Shown in pieces: positions 9,022-21,085 of a DNA stretch of 43,769 nt. The position numbers and the translations under genes are program-made. The stretch is taken from contig JBDRHP010000004.1 in the NCBI GenBank assembly GCA_043816785.1, forward strand, positions 1-43,769. The letters are read 5' to 3'. The notes below the pieces were generated by a model. It saw only the letters and a program-made list of their open reading frames with translations, searched no databases and was not told the DNA's origin. The DNA is from Candidatus Margulisiibacteriota bacterium. GTDB lineage: Bacteria; Margulisbacteria; WOR-1; O2-12-FULL-45-9. The number at the start of each line of letters is the position of its first letter. Position 1 is the stretch's first letter.

Positions 9022-10383
9022 ATGACAAAGGCAAAACATACTATCCTGGCTGTTGATGATGAGAAAGATATGCTTAAGACCTTCCAAAACGTCCTTAAGA
9101 AAAAATACAATCTTTTGACCTCCGAATCCGGCAGTAAAGCCTTAAAGATCATTCAAGAAGAGAACGTTGACCTTATCCTACTTGATATCCGCCTGCCAAA
9201 GATGGACGGCATTGAAATCTTAAAAAAAGCCAAAGCCGCCCTGCCTGACCTGGAAATCATTATGGTCTCAGCCTCCAAAGACGTTGCTTCCGCAGTTGAA
9301 GCCATGAAACTTGGCGCCTTTGACTACATTACCAAACCCTTTGATGTAGCAGAGCTCATTGTTGTCATTGAAAAAGCCTTGGAAAAAAGGTCTTTGATCA
9401 AAGAAAACTTGTATTTAAAAGAAGTCCTGGCACAAGCCTCCTCTTATTGCGACCTGCTGGGTAAAACAGCTGAAATGAAGAAGATATTTGAAACCATTGA
9501 CACTGTGGCCAAGGGTGACAGCCGGGTTTTGATAACTGGGGAGTCAGGCACGGGTAAAGAATTAGTAGCCCGCGCCGTCCATAACAAGAGTAAACGGGCC
9601 AACAAACCCTTTGTCGCTATAAATTGCGCTGCCCTGCCGGAAAACCTGCTGGAATCTGAACTTTTTGGCTATGAAAGAGGCGCTTTTACCAATGCCCTGG
9701 AAAGAAAGCTGGGCAAATTTGAGCTAGCGGACGGCGGAACAATTTTTTTGGATGAGATCGGCTGCATGCCGGCTAGTATGCAGGCCAAACTCCTGCGGGT
9801 TGTTCAGGAAAAAACTATTGACCGAGTAGGAGGAACCGCTCCCATTAATATTGATGTCAGGATATTATCCGCCAGTAACATCGATTTCCCCAGCGCGATC
9901 AAAGAAAAGACCTTTAGGGAAGATCTTTATTACCGGCTTAACGTGATCCCCATCCACCTCCCACCCCTGCGCGAAAGAAGAGAAGACATCCCCCTCTTTC
10001 TCAGTTATTTTCTAAATCAATATAATAAGGAACTAAACAAAAACATCACTGGCTTTGAAAAAGAAGCAGTCACTTTGCTTAAGAGTTATGATTGGCCGGG
10101 AAATGTCCGGGAGTTACAAAACATTATTGAAAGACTGGTAACCCTCAGCTCGCAAAATATGCTTACCCAAAATGATATTGAAAGAACATTGAACATTCCT
10201 GTTGCTGCGCATCCCCCGGCAACGGGAAGCCAGGGATTAAACCAAACCTTAGAATCTTTTGAGAGAAATCACATCAAACAAGTTCTGGAAGAAACTAACG
10301 GCAACCGGACTCAGGCCGCTAAAAAGCTGGGCATTGCCCGCACCACTCTTGTTACGAAACTGGAAACATTAGGCATTAAATAA
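9022..10383 (+). CDS. NtrC-family sigma54-dependent response regulator (REC, AAA+, Fis HTH)
   Basis: LLDIRLP receiver Asp, GESGTGKE, ESELFG, GAFTNA, FLDEI, WPGNVRELQN, GNRTQAAKKLGI. Confidence 0.95.
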   Translation: MTKAKHTILAVDDEKDMLKTFQNVLKKKYNLLTSESGSKALKIIQEENVDLILLDIRLPKMDGIEILKKAKAALPDLEIIMVSASKDVASAVEAMKLGAFDYITKPFDVAELIVVIEKALEKRSLIKENLYLKEVLAQASSYCDLLGKTAEMKKIFETIDTVAKGDSRVLITGESGTGKELVARAVHNKSKRANKPFVAINCAALPENLLESELFGYERGAFTNALERKLGKFELADGGTIFLDEIGCMPASMQAKLLRVVQEKTIDRVGGTAPINIDVRILSASNIDFPSAIKEKTFREDLYYRLNVIPIHLPPLRERREDIPLFLSYFLNQYNKELNKNITGFEKEAVTLLKSYDWPGNVRELQNIIERLVTLSSQNMLTQNDIERTLNIPVAAHPPATGSQGLNQTLESFERNHIKQVLEETNGNRTQAAKKLGIARTTLVTKLETLGIK

Positions 10384-10399
10384 CCGCTGCTAACCCAGC

Positions 10400-12578
<2,179 letters not shown>

Positions 12579-12585
12579 AAAAAGA

Positions 12586-12614
12586 AGGTTAACAAAACAG
12601 GGTCAGGAAGTCAA
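12586..12614 (-). promoter_or_regulatory. sigma70 promoter for a probably leaderless oppD
   Basis: TTGACT-N17-TAACCT with TG extension, 7 nt before ATG, no SD. Confidence 0.55.
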
Positions 12615-12620
12615 ATCAAG

Positions 12621-14294
12621 TCAATAAAGATTCAGGGAATCGATCAGCACAATCATTTTCTGCTCATAATTTCCAGCTAAATAGTCATCACAAACAATTC
12701 TATTTAGTTCTTTTTTTGTAAGTAAACCCTGCTGGATAAGCCGTTTAAAAAGCTTTATCTCATCAAACCTGGCCCAAAAATGCATCCAGTTCTTACCGCT
12801 AGGCCTAAAAGCAATAAAGCGCGAGTCAAATGGCCGTTCACCGGCAACATAATCTGTTGCTTGTTTCCAAAACTCTACCAGCTTTATCATCCCTTGAAAT
12901 TCCCTGGTGACTGAAAAAATCTCTTCTCCAATCCCCGACATCCCATGCAAATTCACCTTCCTGCGCCCCCCGCGAAAAGCCCTGACCGCCCAATGCTGCT
13001 GATAACCATTACTCATTTGAATTCTTACCGGCCAAGTAGACAAGTGGATCTCACTGCCAGCAGTACTAAAAACAATATTTCCGTACTCAATAGAGGCTTG
13101 TCGCACTCGTCTTGCCCCCCAGATAGGGTCGCGCCAAATTATCTCCCATTGCTCTTTCTTGTTGATGAGATCAACGCTCTTTTTAGCAATCAGATGACCC
13201 TCCGTCCGGATCGCCGGCTCACCATTGCCTCTTACTGCTTCATCAGCCCAAAAATATGCTTTCTTTATCGCACCTTCAACCATAATCTTTCCAGCGACAG
13301 TCTCATACCCTTTATAGCCTCTTATTTCAATAACTCCGCCCCAGTCACTCCTGGAATCTATACCAAAACGAACTGTTCCATTTTGATTAACCGGCCGAGG
13401 ATCGATCATAAGTTCAGTTCCCGTTTCCTGTTCGCGAGCCAGCAAAAACGCTTTTATCTCCCGAATCGTTGCTCGATGGTGTTGTATCACATTGTTAGGA
13501 CTTGCAGTTATTACTTGAGGAAAGAGCAGCGGCCGCCATAAGCGTCCATTACCATTACCGTTGCCGTTACTTTTTCTGGCCATGATGACTGCTTTGATCA
13601 GTGGTGCGCCCTGACGGGCTTCGTCTGGCCCTTGATAAAAGCGGGCAATAATGCGGTCGCCTTCTTCTGCGATCAAAGAGTAAACCCGATCATAGCCGGC
13701 AAAACCATGAATTAATATATCCAAGCCTTCAAAAGCATACTTAACATACTTATCCCCATTACTGCCAAGCGTAACATTCCACCAACGACGATAGATCCGT
13801 TTGCCCAATCCTTGCGTCATTGCCTCAACCGTTGGGTCATTTTCTTTTCTAACCTCCTGACGCTCGGTCAAGCCTTTGAGCGCCCTTGGAATATGCAATA
13901 TCTGCCATTCACTTTCTGCATTCTCTTTTTCAGCCACTATGTATCTGACGCGCGCCCTGGCCATCACGCCCCAATCAGCCTGTTTTCCCCATCCGTAAAG
14001 GACTTTGCGAGATCGACCGTTTTCGAGTCTCTCCTCTCTGACAGCAACATAAAACTTATTAAATTCTTTAGTTATCCAGATCGGACTTATTTTTTTCCCA
14101 TCTTTAAGTGTGACAGCTAGATGGAGGTAGCCGTTGTGAAGTGGATATTCTCTTCTATAAACTGTGTTCGCCGCATCTCTAAGCAAGAAGGTCCTTAATC
14201 CATAAGCACGTGAATGCAACCTTCCGTCAATCACCGGATATCTTCCGGCAAAGAGACCTTGGGCCCTAATATTTCTCGGTCCTGATATTGTCAT
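12621..14294 (-). CDS. Orphan repeat protein, paralog C (four internal repeats)
   Basis: 557 aa; ATGA overlap with upstream paralog; shared motifs GLG..RWW, GF.GYDRVYS, AYFW, IKLVEFW, WMHFW. Confidence 0.85.
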   Translation of the reverse strand: MTISGPRNIRAQGLFAGRYPVIDGRLHSRAYGLRTFLLRDAANTVYRREYPLHNGYLHLAVTLKDGKKISPIWITKEFNKFYVAVREERLENGRSRKVLYGWGKQADWGVMARARVRYIVAEKENAESEWQILHIPRALKGLTERQEVRKENDPTVEAMTQGLGKRIYRRWWNVTLGSNGDKYVKYAFEGLDILIHGFAGYDRVYSLIAEEGDRIIARFYQGPDEARQGAPLIKAVIMARKSNGNGNGNGRLWRPLLFPQVITASPNNVIQHHRATIREIKAFLLAREQETGTELMIDPRPVNQNGTVRFGIDSRSDWGGVIEIRGYKGYETVAGKIMVEGAIKKAYFWADEAVRGNGEPAIRTEGHLIAKKSVDLINKKEQWEIIWRDPIWGARRVRQASIEYGNIVFSTAGSEIHLSTWPVRIQMSNGYQQHWAVRAFRGGRRKVNLHGMSGIGEEIFSVTREFQGMIKLVEFWKQATDYVAGERPFDSRFIAFRPSGKNWMHFWARFDEIKLFKRLIQQGLLTKKELNRIVCDDYLAGNYEQKMIVLIDSLNLY

Positions 14295-15970
14295 GATCTT
14301 ACTCCGGTTAATTCAAAGAGTTTAAAATTATCAACAAGCCCAATAACCTGGCTGCTATAGTTATCTCCAAGATATTCGTCTCCCAGGATTTCATTGAATA
14401 TGGCAGGCGTTAAGAAACCATCTTTAATTAGTTTCTTAAATCTGGCCACATCATCTAGCTTCGACCAAAAGGGCATCCAATTCCTGCCGTTCTGCTCTTT
14501 ACCTGCCAGGCCATTGAGATTAAAAGTTATAAAGCGGGCTGCCAAAGCCCTTTCCCCTCTTTCAAAGGCCTGTCTGGCTGGCCAAAATTCAACCAGCTTG
14601 ATCATCCGGGCAACCTCACGGGTAACTGAATAAGCCTCCTCGCCAAGTCCGGAAACCTTTGTGACACCAACATTCATCGTTACATCTCTAATCTTTCTGG
14701 TGATCCTTCTCCGTTCCCGGCCGCGATAAATGTCGCTATAAATCGGCCAGGTATCAAAATAAACTTTAGGCCCGACCGTAGCAAACAAATATCTCATATA
14801 AGCCCGCGTTGCCGCTTTCCTGGTAATTACTTCTTTAGCCGCATATCTTAAGATCAATTCCCAAGCATCCTTTTCTGCCGCCCTTCTTGCCATAACGTGT
14901 CCTTGTTCAATTATCGGAGGGTCTCCTTGATCCCGTGACTCAGGGCTCGGCCAAAAATAGGCTCGCTTTTCCCCGGTCTCAACCACGAGCCTGCCAGTAA
15001 CTTCCTGATGATCCTTATAGCCGTTCAAGGAAACAGCTCCCCGGTCTTCTGCGTCTTCACCCATATGGAAACGCACCCCCCGGCTTCTAACCCGACGCGG
15101 CTTAAGATCAAGAACGTCTCCGTCCGGCAGATCAGCACGCAAAAAGTCCAATATCCTGCGGACCTCAATTTTATGATTTTGATTAGTGGAACTGGCTGCA
15201 GCGAAAATAAGCTTCGGCGGCTTTAGCGGGCTCCAGTGACCAGCCTGATCCTTCTCAGACAGCAGGACTTCTTTCATCATTCCCTCGCCTGATCTGGCGC
15301 TGGCAGGATCAGCGTAAAACCGGCCAATGATCTGGCCTTTTTCTTCGGCAATAACCGAATAAACTCGCTCAAACCCATCAAACCCGTAGATCCTAAGCTG
15401 CATGGCAAAGCATTTATATTGGACATAAGGCCGTCGCTCTCTTTCATTAACTCTCCACCACCTTGTGAGTTTTTTTCTGCCCAACCCCTTGGTTACTGCC
15501 TCAAAAGTAGCCTCACCAGCTCTCTTGGCCGCCTGGGCCTCTGTTAAGCCTTTTAAGACTAAAGGCGGCGTTAGTAGTTCCCATAATCCAGTTTTTGATT
15601 TCTTTTCGGCAACTACATAACGAACCCTTGCCCTGGCCATGATCCCCCAATCATCTTCCTTTTCCCAACCGTATAGAACTTTTCTTCCACCACCACTCCT
15701 TAACCGCTCTTCCCTTATTGCTACAAATATCTGGTCCAGACCCGACAAGCCCAGGACTGCAATTGTCTTAACTTGCTGCCCATATTTAACGCTGATCTTA
15801 AGCAGGCCATTTGAAATGCCATATCTGCGCCTGTAGACCACTGATCCAGCATCAGTAATTAAAAATCTTGCTAAGCCCGGCCAATTAGGCATGGTATCAA
15901 CGATCCTGCTGGCATTAGCAAACATGCCGCGGTTGTTCAATTTAGTATTTATGGCGCGCAAAACAACCAT
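14291..15970 (-). CDS. Orphan repeat protein, paralog B (four internal repeats)
   Basis: Colinear with 12621-14294 (DWG.MARARVRY in both); start moved to ATG 15970 behind AGGAG. Confidence 0.85.
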   Translation of the reverse strand: MVVLRAINTKLNNRGMFANASRIVDTMPNWPGLARFLITDAGSVVYRRRYGISNGLLKISVKYGQQVKTIAVLGLSGLDQIFVAIREERLRSGGGRKVLYGWEKEDDWGIMARARVRYVVAEKKSKTGLWELLTPPLVLKGLTEAQAAKRAGEATFEAVTKGLGRKKLTRWWRVNERERRPYVQYKCFAMQLRIYGFDGFERVYSVIAEEKGQIIGRFYADPASARSGEGMMKEVLLSEKDQAGHWSPLKPPKLIFAAASSTNQNHKIEVRRILDFLRADLPDGDVLDLKPRRVRSRGVRFHMGEDAEDRGAVSLNGYKDHQEVTGRLVVETGEKRAYFWPSPESRDQGDPPIIEQGHVMARRAAEKDAWELILRYAAKEVITRKAATRAYMRYLFATVGPKVYFDTWPIYSDIYRGRERRRITRKIRDVTMNVGVTKVSGLGEEAYSVTREVARMIKLVEFWPARQAFERGERALAARFITFNLNGLAGKEQNGRNWMPFWSKLDDVARFKKLIKDGFLTPAIFNEILGDEYLGDNYSSQVIGLVDNFKLFELTGVRS

Positions 15971-15978
15971 AGTCACTC

Positions 15979-17250
15979 CTACAAATTCAAACCCCAAATC
16001 AAGCTATTCATAGCAGACCGATAAGGGCCCTCAATTAAATATTTATCACTTAAGAGCCAGAGCAGATCATCGCGCGTAATTAATTTTCGCCGCAGCAGGC
16101 TTCTGAATTTACCGGCATCATCCAGCCTGCTCCAAAAATGCATCCAACCATTCACTTTGCCGTTATCACTCGCTCGAAAGGTAATAAACCTGGCCCGAAC
16201 AGGGTTTTCTCCCATTTCATATGCTTCTCCAGAAGTCCAAAATTCAACTAGTTTTATTCTTTTCTGCAATTCCCGCGCAACTGAATAAAAAGAATCCACC
16301 TCAGGAAAACTGCCGACTGCAAGAGTGCAGTTCTTGCCGCGAATCCTTTTGTGCAGCTTGCGGCACGGCTGGTTGCGGCTACTGTCATTTACCACAGTCA
16401 CATTCCATAAGCGAACATAAAGCTTATCTCCGACTGTGGCATATAAATATCTTCCATATTGCAAAGTCTCGCCTATCTCGCCCTTTATTTCTCCAGCCGG
16501 TCTGCCTGACTCCAGGTCAAATCTGCCATCAACCTGCGAAAGCATTACGCTTCCATCCGGAATAATTGCTCGAGCGCATGAATCCCTTGACCAAATATCC
16601 GCCCAGAAATAAGCTTTTTTAACATTGCCTTCGGAAACAACCCTGCCTGGAAGATACTGACCAGCAAAGTCCAAAAATCCGCATAGAATAATCAATTTCT
16701 CATCAATACTAAATCGGATCTCTCCATTGCGGCCGACATTGCGAGGCTCCAGATCAAAATGAGCCCCAGCTGGCTGATCCGCCAGTAAAAATTCCTTCAA
16801 TCTTTTAGTGCGCAATCTCATCTCCTGAACCGGACTATTTGGAGAAGCATAAATAATTTCAGGCGGCTGCAAGACAGTCCATTCGCCTCCCCTTCTTTGG
16901 CCTGAGGTTCTTTGTTTTACTGATAAAACAACCGTCTTTAAAGGCTGAGTGGCATTTTTAGCTGTAACTTTGTCAGGATAAAAATTAGCGACAATTCTCC
17001 TGCCGTCTTTAAATTTTTGTTCGAAGATCAAAGAGAATACTCGATCATACCCGGTAAAACCAGAAATCTTTATCTCCCTCTCACCCATCCTTATCTTCAC
17101 AAAATTCTCGTTTATGGATGGGATATAGATAACCTTCCACCACCTGCCCAGGATTTTCCTCCCTAACCCCATTGTGACAGCATTAACAGTTGGTTGATGC
17201 ACGCTGCGCAGGTGTTTACTGAATACGCTTGGTGAGCTTAAATTAGGCAT
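15979..17250 (-). CDS. Orphan repeat protein, paralog A (three repeats, lacks the first)
   Basis: 423 aa; aligns from AVTMGLGRKILGRWW onward with the other two; GAGG RBS. Confidence 0.85.
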   Translation of the reverse strand: MPNLSSPSVFSKHLRSVHQPTVNAVTMGLGRKILGRWWKVIYIPSINENFVKIRMGEREIKISGFTGYDRVFSLIFEQKFKDGRRIVANFYPDKVTAKNATQPLKTVVLSVKQRTSGQRRGGEWTVLQPPEIIYASPNSPVQEMRLRTKRLKEFLLADQPAGAHFDLEPRNVGRNGEIRFSIDEKLIILCGFLDFAGQYLPGRVVSEGNVKKAYFWADIWSRDSCARAIIPDGSVMLSQVDGRFDLESGRPAGEIKGEIGETLQYGRYLYATVGDKLYVRLWNVTVVNDSSRNQPCRKLHKRIRGKNCTLAVGSFPEVDSFYSVARELQKRIKLVEFWTSGEAYEMGENPVRARFITFRASDNGKVNGWMHFWSRLDDAGKFRSLLRRKLITRDDLLWLLSDKYLIEGPYRSAMNSLIWGLNL

Positions 17251-17270
17251 ATGAGTTCCTCTAGGAAATC

Positions 17271-17296
17271 TTCGGATAAAAAAGCAAAAAATTGCA
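17271..17296 (-). promoter_or_regulatory. Putative alternative-sigma promoter TGCAAT-N16-CGAA
   Basis: Matches the motif at 2681-2706. Confidence 0.5.
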
Positions 17297-17310
17297 GGGT
17301 TTTGAGAAGT

Positions 17311-18111
17311 TTATCTGCGAGGATCCAAGGCTTCGCGCAAGCCTTCGCCTACAAAATACAGGCTTAAAACTGTAACCAAAATCAACAAACCGGGAATAAT
17401 CGCCATCCAGGGCGCGTCGCGCATATAGGCTTGCGCATCCATTAGCATGTTCCCCCAGGAAGGCATGGGGGGCTGGACTCCCATACCCAAAAAGGACAGA
17501 GCAGATTCGGTCAAAATTGCTCCCGCCATTCCCAATGTAGCGGCTACAATAATGGGAGCCTGGGCGTTTGGCAGCATATGTCGAAAAATAATTCTAGGAT
17601 TGGAACAGCCGATGGCTTTAGCAGCCTCAACGTATTGGAGTTCGCGGATCTTTAAAAATTCTCCCCTCACCAGCCTGGCTACTCCCATCCAGGAAGTTAG
17701 GCCGATCACGATCATCACGTTATAAATATTTGGGGTCAGCATAGCTTGAATAGCCAGGATCAGGAAAATAGACGGAAAAGACAGCATCACATCAACAAAC
17801 CGCATCACGATCCCATCCACCCAACCGCCAAAATAACCGGCAAAAGCGCCGAATAAAGTTCCGATCAGGATCGCGATCGTCACCGCGACTATTCCCACGG
17901 TCAAAGATATCCTGGCGCCATAAATCGCCCGACTAAGAATATCTCGTCCCAGATCATCTGTGCCAAAGGGGTGGGCAAAACTGGGCGGCAAAGTTTCTGA
18001 CTCCACTATCTCACCCGGATCATACGGCGCGATCAGCGGAGCAAATATCGCCACCAGAACAAAGAAACCAAGCACTAATAAACCGAATATCGCGAACTTA
18101 TTTCTTAGCAT
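17311..18111 (-). CDS. oppC: Peptide ABC transporter permease
   Basis: HPFGTDDLGRDILSR, YVEAAKAIG EAA loop, PSWGNML; start placed at ATG 18111 overlapping oppB end. Confidence 0.92.
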   Translation of the reverse strand: MLRNKFAIFGLLVLGFFVLVAIFAPLIAPYDPGEIVESETLPPSFAHPFGTDDLGRDILSRAIYGARISLTVGIVAVTIAILIGTLFGAFAGYFGGWVDGIVMRFVDVMLSFPSIFLILAIQAMLTPNIYNVMIVIGLTSWMGVARLVRGEFLKIRELQYVEAAKAIGCSNPRIIFRHMLPNAQAPIIVAATLGMAGAILTESALSFLGMGVQPPMPSWGNMLMDAQAYMRDAPWMAIIPGLLILVTVLSLYFVGEGLREALDPRR

Positions 18112-19069
18112 ACCTGATCCTCGGATCAACCAGCGCATAGCAAATATCAGCCAAAAGATTGCCTAACATGATCAAAACCGCGGAGAAAACCACGATCCCC
18201 ATGATCAAGGGATAATTTCTCTGAAAGATCGCTAAAACCCCTAACCTGCCCATACCCGGCCAGGCAAAAATAGTTTCAATAATAAAAGCGCCGCCAAAAA
18301 GACCGGGCAAAGACAGGCCCAAAATAGTTACAATGGGGATCAAAGCATTCCTTAACGCATGTTTAAAGATCACGACTCTTTCTGGCAAACCTTTGGCCCG
18401 CGCAGTGCGGATAAAATCCTGGTTCAGGACCTCAAGCATGGCTGCTCGTTGATATCGAGTTATGCCTGCCAGACTCAGAACCGTCATCGTAGTCAAAGGC
18501 AAGATCATATGTCGGATTAAATCTAAAACCCTAACCCCTACCCCCTGATCCCTGATCAACGGATCATACATGCCAACAGCCGGCAGCCAGCCCAGCTTGA
18601 CCGAGAACAGCAACATCAACATCATTCCTAACCAAAAAGAAGGGGTGGCCATTCCAGCGAAGGATAGAACAGTCACCAAATTATCAAACCACTTTCCTTT
18701 CTTAACCGCGGAAATAACTCCCAGGGGAATAGTGATCAGTAAAGTTAAAATATAGGAAGCGACCATGAGCAGCAGCGTATTCGGCAATCTCTCTAAAATT
18801 TCCTTGAGCACAGGCTGGCCCGACATATAGCTGGTGCCAAAATCTCCGCGCACAACATTCCCCAACCAATAAAAGTATTGGATAATAATTGGCTTATCCA
18901 GGCCCCAATTAGCTCTAATTCTAGCCAGATCCATCGGGTCGATATTGGGGTCAGTAAACAAAGAGGTCGGGTCACCAGGAGCAAGGTGCATGACAAAAAA
19001 GGAGATCAAAGAAACCCCGATCAAAAGAGGGATCAATTGCAGTAATCTGCGAAAGACGAATTTTCTCAT
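18098..19069 (-). CDS. oppB: Peptide ABC transporter permease
   Basis: LAPGDP, GDFGTS, DFIRTARAKGL, ETIFAWPGMG, LVDPRIR. Confidence 0.93.
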   Translation of the reverse strand: MRKFVFRRLLQLIPLLIGVSLISFFVMHLAPGDPTSLFTDPNIDPMDLARIRANWGLDKPIIIQYFYWLGNVVRGDFGTSYMSGQPVLKEILERLPNTLLLMVASYILTLLITIPLGVISAVKKGKWFDNLVTVLSFAGMATPSFWLGMMLMLLFSVKLGWLPAVGMYDPLIRDQGVGVRVLDLIRHMILPLTTMTVLSLAGITRYQRAAMLEVLNQDFIRTARAKGLPERVVIFKHALRNALIPIVTILGLSLPGLFGGAFIIETIFAWPGMGRLGVLAIFQRNYPLIMGIVVFSAVLIMLGNLLADICYALVDPRIRYAKK

Positions 19070-20640
19070 TTAATCACAAAAACTTTTTCCAGATGCAGCA
19101 TCAAGCCGGCCGGGCCAGGTTCAGACAATCCGCCCACCCGCTCGCTCACCCCCACCACTGTCTTTGGATACCAGAGAAAAAGATACGGCTGATCAGAGGC
19201 AATTTCTTCCCAAAGCTTAGCATAGATCTTTTTGCGTTTGTCTTTGGCCATAGTTGTGCGGCCTTTTTCCAGCAGCTGGTTAACTTTTCTGTTATGATAA
19301 TCGATAAAATTAAAGCCCCTGGGATACTGGGAGGAGTGCCAGATCGAATAAGCATCAGGATCAAGCCCCAGCGACCAGCCCATCAAGACTGTTTCAAAAT
19401 CTTTTGGGTCGTTGTTGGCATTGACGATCTTAAGCAGAGCTGACCATTCCATTATCCGAACTGAAACCTTTACCCCGACTTTTTTGAATTGCTGCTGCAG
19501 GATCACCGCGGCCTTTTCACGTTCTTTGTTCCCCTGATTGGTCAGAATAGTAAATTCCAGCTCCTCTGCCCCGGCTTCAGCTAAAAGCTTCCTGGCCTTT
19601 TCAGGGTTATAGGGATATTTGGCAACCTTGTCAGAATAAGCCCAGGAAATCGGCGCAGAAGGAGCATAAGCAGGAGAAGCCAGGCCCTTAAAGATAAGAT
19701 TAACCAACTGATCTTTATTCGTTGCATAAGCCAGGGCCTGACGCACTCGCTTATCCTTGAATTTTGGATTAGCCAAATTAAACCCTAAATAAGTGTAGAC
19801 AAGATTATCAAATTCAAAAACATTTATGCCAGCCAAAGACTTCATTCTCTTGTAGTCTTTGGGAGGAATGCCAGCTTGATCGATCTCGCCTGCCTCCAAG
19901 GCAACTAAACGAGCATTTTCATCAGGAATGATCTTGAAAATTATCTCTGCCAGCTTTGGATTCCCTAAATAATAATTGGGATTGCGCACGACTGTTAGAT
20001 GATCCCCTGTCACCCACTCTTTAAGAATAAAAGGCCCGGTGCCAACTGGCTGACGATTAAAAGCTGCTGTATTAATATCTATGCCAGCTAAAAGGTGTTT
20101 AGGGATAACGCTCATGCCTGAGCGGACCAGAAACGGGGCAAAAGGCTTAGGCAGCAGGGCTTGAACTGTAAATTTATCCAGGGCCTTGAACTTGATCGGC
20201 TCGCCATCAATGATATAGTCACTGCGGCGAACCGAGTTTACTTTTGGATCAAGAATAGAATTAAAGGTGAATACAACATCCTCAGCCGTGAAGGGATGTC
20301 CATCGTGCCATTTGACATCACGTCGTAGTTTGAAAGTCCAAACCCTCCCATCCTTGGAAACCCGCCATGACTTGGCCAGGTCAGGCACAACTTCCAGCTT
20401 TTCATTGATCTTGGTCATGCCGGTAAAGATAGTTCCTTCAACAGCCGAAGAAGTCGAATCAGTAGACAAGATCGGATTTAAGACGGAAACCTCTCCGCCC
20501 AGAGCAAAAACCAATCTGCCATGAGGATCAGCGGAAGAAGGATCGGGCAGTTTTATCAGCTTATCTTTCTGAGGAGAAGGACTTGCGCAGCCAGCAATAA
20601 AAATCAATAGAACAGCAAAGGCAAAATATCTTTTCCGCAT
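19066..20640 (-). CDS. oppA: Peptide ABC transporter substrate-binding lipoprotein (family 5)
   Basis: Lipobox IAGC, PDLAKSW, VKWHDGHPFTAEDV, PVGTGPF. Confidence 0.92.
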   Translation of the reverse strand: MRKRYFAFAVLLIFIAGCASPSPQKDKLIKLPDPSSADPHGRLVFALGGEVSVLNPILSTDSTSSAVEGTIFTGMTKINEKLEVVPDLAKSWRVSKDGRVWTFKLRRDVKWHDGHPFTAEDVVFTFNSILDPKVNSVRRSDYIIDGEPIKFKALDKFTVQALLPKPFAPFLVRSGMSVIPKHLLAGIDINTAAFNRQPVGTGPFILKEWVTGDHLTVVRNPNYYLGNPKLAEIIFKIIPDENARLVALEAGEIDQAGIPPKDYKRMKSLAGINVFEFDNLVYTYLGFNLANPKFKDKRVRQALAYATNKDQLVNLIFKGLASPAYAPSAPISWAYSDKVAKYPYNPEKARKLLAEAGAEELEFTILTNQGNKEREKAAVILQQQFKKVGVKVSVRIMEWSALLKIVNANNDPKDFETVLMGWSLGLDPDAYSIWHSSQYPRGFNFIDYHNRKVNQLLEKGRTTMAKDKRKKIYAKLWEEIASDQPYLFLWYPKTVVGVSERVGGLSEPGPAGLMLHLEKVFVIK

Positions 20641-20652
20641 GCCGTAATTCTA

Positions 20653-21060
20653 TCACATATTGCTAAGTTCTTGAATTTTCTTCGTGCCGGAACGATTATA
20701 GCCGGTCATAGTGTACTTGCCGGTCGCGGCATCATAATTATAGATAATCCTGCCAGCCGCGTCGGAATCTTTGTATTGCTGGCCAGTGAAAGGATTTTTG
20801 GGCACCGCAGCAACGTAGACGCCAGCCATTAAATAATTTTTGCAAAGGCTTTCCAAGGGCAAATTATTATCGACCGGATATATTTGATTTTCCATCTCAT
20901 ATGCTTCGATTGCCAGCTGCACAGAGTGCATCACGCCTTTAACCGCTGTCTCTTTGGCGCGATCCTTGGCCCCCAACAAATTGGGCACGAGAAATACGGC
21001 CAGCAGGCTGATAATGCCAATAACCACCAGTATTTCCATTATAGTAAATCCGCGTTTCAT
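20653..21060 (-). CDS. Type IV pilin / T2SS pseudopilin
   Basis: Class III signal KRG/FTIMEILVVIGII, PKNPF; ATG at 21060 (GTG 21069 alternative). Confidence 0.9.
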   Translation of the reverse strand: MKRGFTIMEILVVIGIISLLAVFLVPNLLGAKDRAKETAVKGVMHSVQLAIEAYEMENQIYPVDNNLPLESLCKNYLMAGVYVAAVPKNPFTGQQYKDSDAAGRIIYNYDAATGKYTMTGYNRSGTKKIQELSNM

Positions 21061-21085
21061 GTTTTTCACTTCCTTTATTATAACA

